Positions 1 to 9,553 of a stretch of 61,095 nt of DNA are shown piece by piece. Position numbers and translations under genes: made by a program. Every line of letters begins with the position of its first letter. The first letter of the stretch is position 1. Location of the stretch: positions 1-61,095 of the IMG/VR virus record IMGVR_UViG_3300046788_000030, one strand, 5' to 3'. Below the pieces are notes generated by a model. It worked only from the letters and a program-made list of their open reading frames with translations. It ran no database searches and had not been told where the DNA came from. Source of the DNA: a virus (Duplodnaviria > Caudoviricetes).

Positions 1-1
1 G

Positions 2-178
2 TTCACCGCTGCCGGTGGCCCCCTGCCCGCCTTCAGGTACGTCGTCCTCTACAACTCCACCGCTGCCGGTGGCCCGCTCATCGGCTGGTACGACTACGGT
101 TCGTCCATAACACCGGCAGATACTGAAACGTTTACCACGGACTTCGACCAAGCGGCAGGGGTGTTGACGCTGCAGTAG
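2..178 (+). CDS. Partial (5'-truncated) conserved phage virion protein
   Basis: Frame 2 reads FTAAGGPLPAFRYVVLYNSTAAGGPLIGWYDYGSSITPADTETFTTDFDQAAGVLTLQ*, a C-terminus common in phage structural clusters. RBS AGGAG for the next gene follows. Confidence 0.8.
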   Translation, partial: FTAAGGPLPAFRYVVLYNSTAAGGPLIGWYDYGSSITPADTETFTTDFDQAAGVLTLQ

Positions 179-187
179 GAGATTGCT

Positions 188-1954
188 GTGGCGTTTGTAT
201 ACAAAGATAGGGTGAAGGAAGCCAGCACCAGTGTCGGAACTGGTGCTTTCGTTGGTACCGGCACCGCCAGCCCCAAGTTCCTGCCCCTATCGACCATAGG
301 TAATACCAACACCTTCGCCTACACCATCGAGCATGATTCGCTAAGCGAATGGGAGGTGGGCATCGGGACGTACACCACGGCTGGTAACAGCTTCACCAGA
401 GATCTCGTCCTCGCCTCATCCAACGCCAACGCCCTCGTCACCTTCAGTGCCGGGTCGAAGACCGTCTTCAACACCCTGCCAGCGGCGCGGATACACCCAC
501 CCCTCGGTAACACCCAAGTCGGTGTAGGGGACAGCAACAGCGTCCTCTCCGGTTCCAGCGAACTGATCTACGACAGCATAGGGCTGCGCCACATCAAGGC
601 CCAGAACGCTGTCAGCCAGATCGTGGCGGTGAACACCGATGCCGGTGGTGCGGCGCAGGCACGGTTCAATTGCGCCAACGGCACCAACAACCTGTGGCTG
701 CAGAAGAACGGCACTGGCTATACCACGACAGGACTGGCGGTTGCCAACCAAGGCTGGCTGTACAACACCGACGGCTCGACGCTGTTCAGCAACAACGTCG
801 CTGCCGACTTCATCTGGTCCTCTGGCGGCATTGGTGTCGGCAACGAGAAGATGCGCTTGCTGGCCAACGGCAACTGGAGCCTCAGTGGCACTTCGGGGGC
901 GACACCGGAGGTGTCATACGACCCCACCACTGGCAGCAACGCCCGCTTGCTGGTGCAGAAGTCATCGGCCAACATCACCGACATCGGTGCCATCAACCCC
1001 AATACCGGTACCACGTCTTACGGTCAGGTGTATGCCGGGAACGGCGCGTCGTACCTGATCATGATCAAGACCAGCACCGGCTACACCCCCAACGGACTGC
1101 AGGGTGCCGGGATGGGGGTCATCGGCAACACCAACGGGGCACTGCTGACCTACAACGGCGCAGCCGCCGACATGATCTGGTCCATCGGTGGCGTGGCCGT
1201 GGCCAGCGAGAAGATGCGGCTCAACACTGCCGCTCAATTGACGGTTTACGACTCCAGCACTGGCGGTTACGCCGGACTGCGGGTCAGCAACGACAACGCC
1301 CGTTTCAACATCTACAAATTCGGCAGTGCGTGGCCCGGTAACGGACTGCAGGTAGCCAACCAAGCCTACCTTGAGAATGCCACCGGCCAGACGATGTTTG
1401 TCAACACCACGGCCAACGACTACATCTGGACCATCGGTGGATTTGCCGCAGGCAACGAGGCCATGCGACTGAGGGCCGACCGCTTGACGGTAGCTGGCAA
1501 ACCGGTCATGTGCTACCGGGGGCCATGGGTCAACGGCACGGTGTATGGCATCGGTGATGTTATCTATTACGGCGGCAACAATTACAACTGCCTGATCGCC
1601 AGCAATAACGTCGTGCCGACTAACACCAGCTACTGGCAGTTGATGACCAACAACCACGGTCGTCCGCAACTGACCGATGCCGCTACCACCACTTGGGACG
1701 TTGCCGCCACTCCCGTGGCGTGGTGGAACCCCGCCGCTGCCCGCACACTGTCCATCACCAACTCGCTGGCAGGACAGACCTACGCGCTGCAGATCCAAGG
1801 GGGCTATACGATCACATGGCCCTCCATCGTGCACTGGCCCAACGGCAACCGGGCACCAGTGTCGTCGGCAGGGGGCTTCCTCGACGTGTTCACCTTCGTC
1901 TGCCTTGTCGATAACGGGTATCTGGCAGGTGCCTTCCAGTTGGGCTATCAGTAA
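188..1954 (+). CDS. Tail/head fibre protein with three internal repeats and a CBM5/12-like carbohydrate-binding module
   Basis: N-terminal DRVKE...WEVGIGTY...TRD.VLASSN domain common in phage fibres. Three repeats end in IW.xGG...E[KA]MRL. YRGPW...Y..GDVIYYGG..Y.C...P....YW is CBM-like. C-terminal LTDAAT..WD...TITWP...WP.G..P domain. Confidence 0.75.
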   Translation: MAFVYKDRVKEASTSVGTGAFVGTGTASPKFLPLSTIGNTNTFAYTIEHDSLSEWEVGIGTYTTAGNSFTRDLVLASSNANALVTFSAGSKTVFNTLPAARIHPPLGNTQVGVGDSNSVLSGSSELIYDSIGLRHIKAQNAVSQIVAVNTDAGGAAQARFNCANGTNNLWLQKNGTGYTTTGLAVANQGWLYNTDGSTLFSNNVAADFIWSSGGIGVGNEKMRLLANGNWSLSGTSGATPEVSYDPTTGSNARLLVQKSSANITDIGAINPNTGTTSYGQVYAGNGASYLIMIKTSTGYTPNGLQGAGMGVIGNTNGALLTYNGAAADMIWSIGGVAVASEKMRLNTAAQLTVYDSSTGGYAGLRVSNDNARFNIYKFGSAWPGNGLQVANQAYLENATGQTMFVNTTANDYIWTIGGFAAGNEAMRLRADRLTVAGKPVMCYRGPWVNGTVYGIGDVIYYGGNNYNCLIASNNVVPTNTSYWQLMTNNHGRPQLTDAATTTWDVAATPVAWWNPAAARTLSITNSLAGQTYALQIQGGYTITWPSIVHWPNGNRAPVSSAGGFLDVFTFVCLVDNGYLAGAFQLGYQ

Positions 1955-3900
1955 TGCTGATCCCCGCCGCGCACTGGGGCAGTGTCATACCGTTCCAGAT
2001 TCCCAACTCGGCGAAGATCTACGACAACCCGCTGATGTGGCAGTTATGGCCCAATGTGGCCGCTGGCGACGCCACGCCGTATTACACCTGCGCTCTCGCT
2101 GGCGGCACGGTGCAGGACTGGGAAGGTGTCCTACGCAAGTGCAAGGCCAACGAGGCGCGTTTCCCCGGCGCGAGAAGGGTCGAGAACCTGATCCTCGGCA
2201 ACAGCCAGAACCTGACCGTCTCGCCATGGACGGCGTACAACGTCGGTCTCAATTCGGCGGCACCGGTCCTGACGTGGAACTACGGCGGATCGCAGGCCAC
2301 CCGCTGCCAACTCAACCGGGGCAACGATCTCGCGGTGGGCGTGTGCAGCATGTACCAAGTCCTTGTGGTGCCCTACACCACCGCCGCTTTTCGCCTGACG
2401 GTCGATCTGTGGACGCTGGGCAATCCGATAACGCTGGTCGTTGCTCTCAGCAACCAGATCAACAACCTCACCATCACCAACACCGGCCCGGTGCGCTATT
2501 CGTTTCTGGTCACTGCCAATTTCGCTTCAGCACCCAGCTTCGCCATCGGCCTCTACGGCACCAACAGCGGCGGGGTCAACAACTCGCAGTCTGCCGATCT
2601 GATGGTTGGCAGGGTGCAGTTCGAACTGATCTCGGGGCAGTCCAACACCAACCCCGGCGAGTATGTCAGCGTCGGCATGAGTGCGCAGGTGTTCTCCAAC
2701 GTCGATGGCGTGCGCTGCTTCGGCACCAAGCTTGGTAACACCATGACCGGTAACGTGGTCAACGAGATCGCGGGCAGCATCTCACTGACTACCACCAATG
2801 GAGCCAGTGCCGCCGTCTGCGATACCCTCGGGCCAACCGGGCTGTTGGTGGATAACCAGCAGACGGTAGCCTACGGCATCGAGTGGGACTTCACGGTCGC
2901 GGGCGCGGCCAACATGTCCTACATCAACAAAGCCGTCGCGGGGCCGACCGGTGACTATTACGGCTGCGCCGTGGTCGAGAACACGGTCAATGGTGCCCAC
3001 TACATCAACCCCTACGGCACGCTGCCCTTCGCCACCACCAATACCTTCTTCGGCTTCTTCGTCAAGCCTTACCAGCGCACCAACATCCAGATGAATTCCA
3101 GCATTGGCAACGATACCGGGGTGGTCAGGTGGGATCTGACCGGCAACGGCGCGGTGACCTATGCCGCGATGGGGGGCACCGGCGGTGGCACCCTGCGCGG
3201 GTCAGGGATCATTCCCTACAAGAATGGGTGGTACGTCTGTTGGGTGTTGCAGTCAGCGACGGCGGCGCAGACGGCGATGAACATCGGCATCTTCGGCGAG
3301 TACGGTGGCAGCTATGCTGGCAGCGGCAGTACGGCTTGGTACCTGTACGGACTGACGGTGATGGACACCGGCAGCGATCCTTATACCTACTGCCAGTACG
3401 CCACCGCCACCCGTGGCACCGATCAATTGACTCCTGCCGGGTCGGGCCAGAACGTCATCGCCGCCAACGGTACCGTCTACGCCGAAATCAAGACCAAATG
3501 GCAGACTGCCGGAGGCAACCATCATGTGTACTTCAGCGGTGACAACAACTACCACTCCCCGTTGATGGCGTATAACGGCTGGCCTTCGACCTCCGTCTTC
3601 ATGTACGACGGGACTTATCTGCCCTACCAAACCGGACTGCCCGATGCTTCCACTGCATCGCGTAAAGTGGCTTCAAGCTGGAACAATGCCATCCAACGGC
3701 TGACATGTACCGGTAGCGGCATAGCTGCCGGGACGGGGACCAGTGCGACTTTATTCAATGGCAGCATGGCGAGTACCGGACCCTATATGAGCATCGGCTA
3801 TAGCGCATGGCCTGCGCTGGCGATGGGGGGTCAGATCCGCAACGTGCGGGTCTGGAACGTCGCCGCCTCACCCGGTGAGCTTGCAGCCTTGACTGCCTGA
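1954..3900 (+). CDS. Head-spike/fibre-like beta-rich virion protein (LamG/ConA-like C-terminus)
   Basis: ARF.GARRVENL, GLLV.NQ.T and ATRGTD motifs typical of spike fibres. C-terminal GGQIRNVRVWN.A....EL.ALTA is LamG-like. Rich in G/T/N/S. Confidence 0.65.
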   Translation: MLIPAAHWGSVIPFQIPNSAKIYDNPLMWQLWPNVAAGDATPYYTCALAGGTVQDWEGVLRKCKANEARFPGARRVENLILGNSQNLTVSPWTAYNVGLNSAAPVLTWNYGGSQATRCQLNRGNDLAVGVCSMYQVLVVPYTTAAFRLTVDLWTLGNPITLVVALSNQINNLTITNTGPVRYSFLVTANFASAPSFAIGLYGTNSGGVNNSQSADLMVGRVQFELISGQSNTNPGEYVSVGMSAQVFSNVDGVRCFGTKLGNTMTGNVVNEIAGSISLTTTNGASAAVCDTLGPTGLLVDNQQTVAYGIEWDFTVAGAANMSYINKAVAGPTGDYYGCAVVENTVNGAHYINPYGTLPFATTNTFFGFFVKPYQRTNIQMNSSIGNDTGVVRWDLTGNGAVTYAAMGGTGGGTLRGSGIIPYKNGWYVCWVLQSATAAQTAMNIGIFGEYGGSYAGSGSTAWYLYGLTVMDTGSDPYTYCQYATATRGTDQLTPAGSGQNVIAANGTVYAEIKTKWQTAGGNHHVYFSGDNNYHSPLMAYNGWPSTSVFMYDGTYLPYQTGLPDASTASRKVASSWNNAIQRLTCTGSGIAAGTGTSATLFNGSMASTGPYMSIGYSAWPALAMGGQIRNVRVWNVAASPGELAALTA

Positions 3901-3901
3901 C

Positions 3902-6805
3902 ATGCTCGGCCATGTCCCCATCTCCGCGTCGCCGATCAGCGCGGTCAGTGCGAAGCGAAGCTACACCCTCACCGCTGACGTAGCCGCGTACACCTTCACC
4001 GGTGTTGCGGCGCTGCTCAAGCGCGGCTATAACCTCCCCGCCGTCAAGGCGACATACACGCTGGCGGCACCCGCCACCGGGTTGCGCCGGGGCTTCGTCC
4101 TCCCGGTCACGGTCGCGACATACACCCTCGGTGCCCCGGTCACGGCGTTCAAGCGGGCCTACAAGCTCGTCGCCACGACCACGACGTACACCCTCGGTGC
4201 CCCAGCCACCACCTTGCGCCGGGGCTTTGTCATTAAGGCTACCGTCGCCGCGTACACCCTCGGTGCCCCGGTCACGGCGTTCAAGCGGGCCTACAAGCTC
4301 GTCGCCACGACCACGACGTACACGCTGGCTGCGCCAGCCACCGGGCTGCGCCGCAGCTACAAGGCTCTGCCAGCGACGGTCACGACGTACGTCTTCACCC
4401 CGGTCGCCACGACGCTGCGCCGGGGCTTCGTCCTCAAGGCCGATGTTGCAGCCTTCACCCTCACCGCCCCGGCCACGGCGCTGCGCCGGGGCTTCGTTCT
4501 CCCGGCCACCGTCCAGACCTACGCCTTCACCGGCATCCCGGCAACGCTCAGAAAGAGCTACAAGCCGCTGACGGCGGATCAGGCTACCTACACCCTCACT
4601 GCCCCGCCCGCGACGCTCAGGCGCAGCTACAAGCCCCTTCCTGCCACCGTTACGACGTACGCGCTGACCGCGCCGGTCACTAACCGGCTGCGGCGGGGCT
4701 TCAACCTCGTCGCCACCCCGGCCAGCTACACCCTCGGTGCCCCGGCCACAGGCTTCAAACGTAAATACGTCCTGAAGGCCGATGTCGCAACCTACGCTAT
4801 CACCGGCACCAGCACCGGGCTGGTGTACAGCGTCTTCAAGAAGCTCACCGCTGCCCCGGCGAGCTACGTCCTGACCGGTCTGCCGGTCGGTTTCAAGCGC
4901 ACTTACGTGCTGAAGGCCGACGTTGCCACGTACACCCTGACCGGGGTCGCTGCGGCGCTCAAGTACGGGGCGGGGTACAAGCTCCCCGCCGCGTCAGCGG
5001 CGTATGTCCTGACTGGCCTGCCGGTGGGGTTCAAACGTACCTACGCGCTGGTCGCCACCAGTGCCCAGTTCAACGTCACCGGCATCAACACCGGGCTGCG
5101 TCGGGGGTATAGCTTCGCTATAACCCCGGCGGCATACACCGTCACCGGCATCGCCGCCGGGTTCAAGCGCAGTTACGTGCTAAAGGCCGCGCCAGCGGCG
5201 TACACGCTGACTGGTGTCGATGCTGTCCTGAAGTACGGCATCCAGTACGTGCTGCCGATGACCAAGGCGACGTACGTTCTGACCGGAGTGCCGGTTGGCT
5301 TCAAGCGTACTTACGTCCTTGCTGCTGCGCCAGCGGCGTACACCCTGACCGGCCTGCCGGTCGCGCTCAAGCGCAGCTACGTCCTCAAGGCCGATGTCGC
5401 GGCTTACGCCGTGACTGGTGTCCCGGCCTTCCTGAAGTACGGCGTGCAGTACGTGCTGCCAACGCCGGTCGCGACGTACAATTTCACCGGCCTGCCGGTT
5501 GCCTTCCGTCGCACGTACGTCCTCGCCGCATTCCCCACGGCGTACACGCTCAACGGCATTCCGGCAGGCTTCCGCCGCACTTACGTCCTCAAGGCAGACC
5601 CTGCCGCCTACACCCTGACCGGTGTCGATGTGGCGCTGACGTATGGCAAGAAGACCGGGTACGTCCTCACCGCCGACGTTGCCGCGTACACCCTGACCGG
5701 CATCGCCGCGACGTTCAAGCGCGGCACCATCCTCACTGTCGTCCCGGCCAGCTACGTCTTCACCGGCATCTCGGCGCAGTTCCGGCGTACCTACGTCCTG
5801 ACCAGTGCCTACACCGCGACCACGGTCTACACGCTGGGGGCACCACCAGTCGCGCTGCGCCGCACCTTCGTCCTCAAGGCCGCGCCAGCGGCGTACACGC
5901 TGACCACCAACCCGGCCAGCTTCAGTCGCCGGTACGTCCTCAAAGCCGAGACCGCCAGCTACACCCTCACCCTGCAGCCGTGGGTGATGCGGCGCAGTTA
6001 CAGGCTGCTGGCTACAGCCACTGCGTACACCCTGACCGGCATCCCACCGCTGCTGAAATACGGCTTCGCCTACAAGCTCACTGCCACGACGGCGACGTAC
6101 ACCCTGACCGGTATACCGGTGGCGCTGCGCAAGAACATCAACTGGCCACTGCCAGTTACCCCCACCAGCTACATCCTGACCGGCAATCCAGTTGGCTTCA
6201 AGCGTAGCTACGTCCTCAAGGCCGAGATGGGGGCGTACACCCTCACCGGCAACCCGGTCGCAGTACGTCGTATCTATAACCTCAAAACTGCAGTTGCCGC
6301 ATACACACTGACTGCACCATCGGCCGCTCTACGTCGGGATTACCACCTAATAGTCACACCCGCGACATACACTTTGACTGGCATTCCAGCCAATCTTGTC
6401 TACTTCATCCGGCACCATTACCGGTTGTATGCCGATACAGCGTCATATCTGCTGTCATTCCCACCGGTCAAGCTGGTCTATCGCTTCCTGTGGGCTGCGG
6501 GTACGATCACCAAGTACGTCTACAACGTGCCCATAGCGGTCACGTTGTCCAGTCAACCACTGGTCACGACGCTGCGTAAAGTACCATTGCTGCCCGTTCT
6601 GTTGTCGGAGCAGCCGCTGCAGGTGACGATGGGTGGCCATGCGCCTATAGTAACGCTGTACGAACAGCCGTTGGAAGTATCGATACGACAGCTACCACCG
6701 ATTGCGGTGGTCTTGTACGATCAATCTCTGAACGTGACTATACGGCAGTTACCACCAATTTCTGTCTTTATGTACGATCAGCCGCTGATCATAACCGGAG
6801 CTTGA
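3902..6805 (+). CDS. Highly repetitive basic virion protein (about 37 repeats of 22-25 aa)
   Basis: N-terminal MLG..PIS..PIS motif. Repeat consensus YTLTGxxxx[LF][KR]RxYxLxAxxAx. C-terminal second repeat of about 19 aa (PI.V.LY.QPL.V.IRQL). Confidence 0.85.
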   Translation: MLGHVPISASPISAVSAKRSYTLTADVAAYTFTGVAALLKRGYNLPAVKATYTLAAPATGLRRGFVLPVTVATYTLGAPVTAFKRAYKLVATTTTYTLGAPATTLRRGFVIKATVAAYTLGAPVTAFKRAYKLVATTTTYTLAAPATGLRRSYKALPATVTTYVFTPVATTLRRGFVLKADVAAFTLTAPATALRRGFVLPATVQTYAFTGIPATLRKSYKPLTADQATYTLTAPPATLRRSYKPLPATVTTYALTAPVTNRLRRGFNLVATPASYTLGAPATGFKRKYVLKADVATYAITGTSTGLVYSVFKKLTAAPASYVLTGLPVGFKRTYVLKADVATYTLTGVAAALKYGAGYKLPAASAAYVLTGLPVGFKRTYALVATSAQFNVTGINTGLRRGYSFAITPAAYTVTGIAAGFKRSYVLKAAPAAYTLTGVDAVLKYGIQYVLPMTKATYVLTGVPVGFKRTYVLAAAPAAYTLTGLPVALKRSYVLKADVAAYAVTGVPAFLKYGVQYVLPTPVATYNFTGLPVAFRRTYVLAAFPTAYTLNGIPAGFRRTYVLKADPAAYTLTGVDVALTYGKKTGYVLTADVAAYTLTGIAATFKRGTILTVVPASYVFTGISAQFRRTYVLTSAYTATTVYTLGAPPVALRRTFVLKAAPAAYTLTTNPASFSRRYVLKAETASYTLTLQPWVMRRSYRLLATATAYTLTGIPPLLKYGFAYKLTATTATYTLTGIPVALRKNINWPLPVTPTSYILTGNPVGFKRSYVLKAEMGAYTLTGNPVAVRRIYNLKTAVAAYTLTAPSAALRRDYHLIVTPATYTLTGIPANLVYFIRHHYRLYADTASYLLSFPPVKLVYRFLWAAGTITKYVYNVPIAVTLSSQPLVTTLRKVPLLPVLLSEQPLQVTMGGHAPIVTLYEQPLEVSIRQLPPIAVVLYDQSLNVTIRQLPPISVFMYDQPLIITGA
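4121..4323 (+). repeat. Exact 71-nt direct repeat (4121-4191 and 4253-4323), period 132 nt
   Basis: tacaccctcggtgccccggtcacggcgttcaagcgggcctacaagctcgtcgccacgaccacgacgtacac occurs twice. The period equals two 22-aa units. Confidence 0.9.
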
Positions 6806-6806
6806 G

Positions 6807-7106
6807 ATGGCAGACATCATCGTGGGTCAATCGCGGCGCATCGCGTGGGAGTGCCGCACGCTGGATGGTGACTTGACCGATCCCAGTTCGATCACCTTCA
6901 AGATGCAACACAAGGGTCCACTTTCAGCACGCAATGATGTTTACATATATGGTACAGATGATGAGGTGGTACGCGACAGTACAGGGAAGTACCACATTGA
7001 TATATGGTTTGATACTCATGGCGATTGGAAGTACCGCATCGTCTGCGCCGGGGTGGTCAACGCTGCAGCGCAGGACACTCTCTATGTGGCACCGGCCAAC
7101 CAATGA
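6807..7106 (+). CDS. Small Ig-like phage structural protein
   Basis: LTDP..ITF...YGTD.EVVRDSTGKYH.D...G.W.YR pattern seen in small phage virion proteins. Stop overlaps the TerL start (ATGA). Confidence 0.7.
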   Translation: MADIIVGQSRRIAWECRTLDGDLTDPSSITFKMQHKGPLSARNDVYIYGTDDEVVRDSTGKYHIDIWFDTHGDWKYRIVCAGVVNAAAQDTLYVAPANQ

Positions 7107-8572
7107 GCCTCATCGACTACACACCAGCCCCCACGGTCGGTGCCTTCATCAAGCACCACGCCAAGGGCGAACTATTCGCCGACTGGATCATCGGTCCCGT
7201 TGGTAGTGGCAAGACCACCGGCAATTTCTTCAAGCTGGTCTATCTGGCCACCAAGCAGGACAAGTCGCCGGTTGATGGCGTGCGCCGGGTGAAGGCGGTG
7301 GTGGTACGCAACACAGGACCACAACTCAGGGATACTACCATTCCTTCGTGGATGATCTGGTTCAAGGACGGACAGGCAGGGAAATGGCATGCAACCGACT
7401 CGCGTTTCATACTCAGGTTCGCCGACGTGGAGTGCGAGGTGCTGTTCCGTGCCTTGGATACTCCTGATGACGTTGCTCGGGTGCTGTCTCTGGATGTTAC
7501 GTTTGTCATCATCGACGAGTTCGTACAATTGCCGAAAGCGGTTGTCGACGCGTTGGCTGCACGCTGCGGGCGCTATCCATCGGATAAGGACGGCAAGGCG
7601 ACCAACTGGGGCATGTGGGGCGCGTCGAACCCCGGCAACGAAGACCAGTGGTGGTACGACGCGCTGAACCAATCCGAGTTGTTCTCGTTGAATCCGGAGG
7701 ACATGGCGGTGCGGCGCAACGAGAAGCTGCTGATGGGCGAGGTGCCCTCGACATGGACGTATTTCAGGCAGCCGTCAGGCTTCGCTATCAATGCCGAGAA
7801 CTTGGACAAGCTGCCCGGTGGCCGCGCCTACTACACGTCGCTGGCCAAGGACCACTCAGAGTCGTGGGTCAAGCAGTTCATCGAGGTCGAGTGGGGCTAC
7901 TCGCTGGTCGGCACGCCGGTGATCGCCACCTTCAAGCCCAAGCTGCATCTGTCCGAGACGCGATTGAAGTGGAACCCGCGCATGCAACTGGTGGGCGGCT
8001 TCGATCCCGGCATGAACAGCGCCATGATCCTCGGTCAGCAGGATCACCATGGCCGACTCAACGTCCTGCATGAACTGGTCCAGCGCGACATGGGCGCGGA
8101 ACGCTTCATCAGCAACCGCCTGCGTCCGCTGTTGCGAGCCGAATATCCCGATGCCGACTTCATCATTGCGCCCGATCCGGCTGCGGCGCAGCGGACGCAG
8201 ACCGACGAGAAGACGGTGGTCGACGTGCTGCGTCGTCATTTCAAGGTGCGCATCACCACCGGCAACAACCGGTTGCCGGGACGCATCGAGGCCATCGAGC
8301 ATTTCACCTGTCGTCTGACCGAAGATGGACCGGCGCTGCGCATCGATCCAGTGACGTGCAGGGGGTTGATCAGAAGTCTGAGGGGAGGTTGGCAGTACGG
8401 CATCTCGCCGCGTGGCGTCACCAACGCGGAACCGATCAAGAACGACCACTCGCACCCCGGCGATGCCTTCGGTTACCTGTGCCAGCACTTCCACTTGTCG
8501 CACTCAAGAGAGCTACGTGAGCGTAATATGCCGCCAGCAAGGGTGTATCACAACCCGTACGTGTTGAGGTGA
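7103..8572 (+). CDS. terL: Terminase large subunit
   Basis: Walker A GPVGSGKT, Walker B VIIDEF, coupling motif ASNPG, nuclease GFDPG and HPGDAFGY. Start set at ATG 7103 (ATGA overlap) rather than 7025. Confidence 0.95.
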   Translation: MSLIDYTPAPTVGAFIKHHAKGELFADWIIGPVGSGKTTGNFFKLVYLATKQDKSPVDGVRRVKAVVVRNTGPQLRDTTIPSWMIWFKDGQAGKWHATDSRFILRFADVECEVLFRALDTPDDVARVLSLDVTFVIIDEFVQLPKAVVDALAARCGRYPSDKDGKATNWGMWGASNPGNEDQWWYDALNQSELFSLNPEDMAVRRNEKLLMGEVPSTWTYFRQPSGFAINAENLDKLPGGRAYYTSLAKDHSESWVKQFIEVEWGYSLVGTPVIATFKPKLHLSETRLKWNPRMQLVGGFDPGMNSAMILGQQDHHGRLNVLHELVQRDMGAERFISNRLRPLLRAEYPDADFIIAPDPAAAQRTQTDEKTVVDVLRRHFKVRITTGNNRLPGRIEAIEHFTCRLTEDGPALRIDPVTCRGLIRSLRGGWQYGISPRGVTNAEPIKNDHSHPGDAFGYLCQHFHLSHSRELRERNMPPARVYHNPYVLR

Positions 8573-8575
8573 CAC

Positions 8576-9553
8576 ATGCCATATGGAACATCAGGCGATG
8601 AAAGTATCGTCACCAGTCCGCCCCCTCCAAAAAGGGAAGGCAGGGACGCCATACTTGAAACAATTGCCAATGAGGCTATGAAAAAAGGGCCAGTGACTAA
8701 ATGGCCCAAAGGCATGCCCAATCCGGTTATGGAATCAGTACGTGGCACCAATGCTGCAGTTGGCATGCCACCAAATGTCTATCATGTACCCAAAGCAAGA
8801 GCATTAGGTGTAGGGGGTTGGACCATGCCAGAGACTGGCAATATGTTTATTGCCAATGATTCTGCTATGCCATTATCCAATGTAGTGGCACATGAAGGAT
8901 TGCACAGTATGCATTCACCGGCAGGTATGCCATTTAACCCTAGTACAGAAGGTAAGTTGGATAAGGTAATAGCTGCCAATATGGAAAAAATTTACCCTGA
9001 TGCCACATGGGGTGAAGGTCCAACAACTCCACCTTGGGGTTTAACCAGAGGTGCCAATCCAGAAGAACGAATGGCTGGTCTTCGTGGTTACGAGGGTGGT
9101 TTGCCTGTCAACGTACCCATTACAAAATCACCAGTAGCACAACAGTTGTTCAATGCACCTTGGCATGGTCCGTTGAGTGTAAATGATACTGATCTGCAGA
9201 ATTACTATTACCAAAAAACCAGCAATCCAAAGATTGGTGGTGTTTGGGGTACTCAGGCACCAGAGCCAACAATAGGCGAAAGGGCCATGAGTCTGGGGCG
9301 TAATCTGGCTACCCGCCTTGGTATCAATATGGTGAATCGCAATGCTCCCGCCATGCCCGGTGTTGCAGAAGCTGCTGCCGCGCAAGATGCTGCGCAAAAA
9401 TCATCACTGATGGGTAGATTGGTAAGTGCTGGTATGAATCCATCATCGTTGTCAAATGTATCGGATTTGGTTAAACCGGGTTTGTTTGAGGATTTGATAC
9501 CAGCACCGCTGTCAGGCATTGTAGATACGATCAAGAAGGGAATTTCCCGATGA
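8576..9553 (+). CDS. Putative zincin metallopeptidase-like protein (HExxH)
   Basis: VVAHEGLHSMH motif with downstream PEERMA (candidate third ligand). AT-richer than flanking genes. Lies between terL and portal. Confidence 0.55.
   Translation: MPYGTSGDESIVTSPPPPKREGRDAILETIANEAMKKGPVTKWPKGMPNPVMESVRGTNAAVGMPPNVYHVPKARALGVGGWTMPETGNMFIANDSAMPLSNVVAHEGLHSMHSPAGMPFNPSTEGKLDKVIAANMEKIYPDATWGEGPTTPPWGLTRGANPEERMAGLRGYEGGLPVNVPITKSPVAQQLFNAPWHGPLSVNDTDLQNYYYQKTSNPKIGGVWGTQAPEPTIGERAMSLGRNLATRLGINMVNRNAPAMPGVAEAAAAQDAAQKSSLMGRLVSAGMNPSSLSNVSDLVKPGLFEDLIPAPLSGIVDTIKKGISR

Noticed and set aside
3960-6480. CRISPR array or DGR template/variable repeat pair
   Set aside because: The repeats are in-frame protein repeats with synonymous variation and no spacers. 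Differences are not adenine-specific and there is no reverse transcriptase in the window.
7025-7102. N-terminal extensions from the ORF track (terL from 7025; also 15112, 15423, 40836, 42629, 47514, 47984, 55257, 60247)
   Set aside because: Downstream starts have an RBS and/or ATGA coupling. The extensions overlap other genes or terminators.
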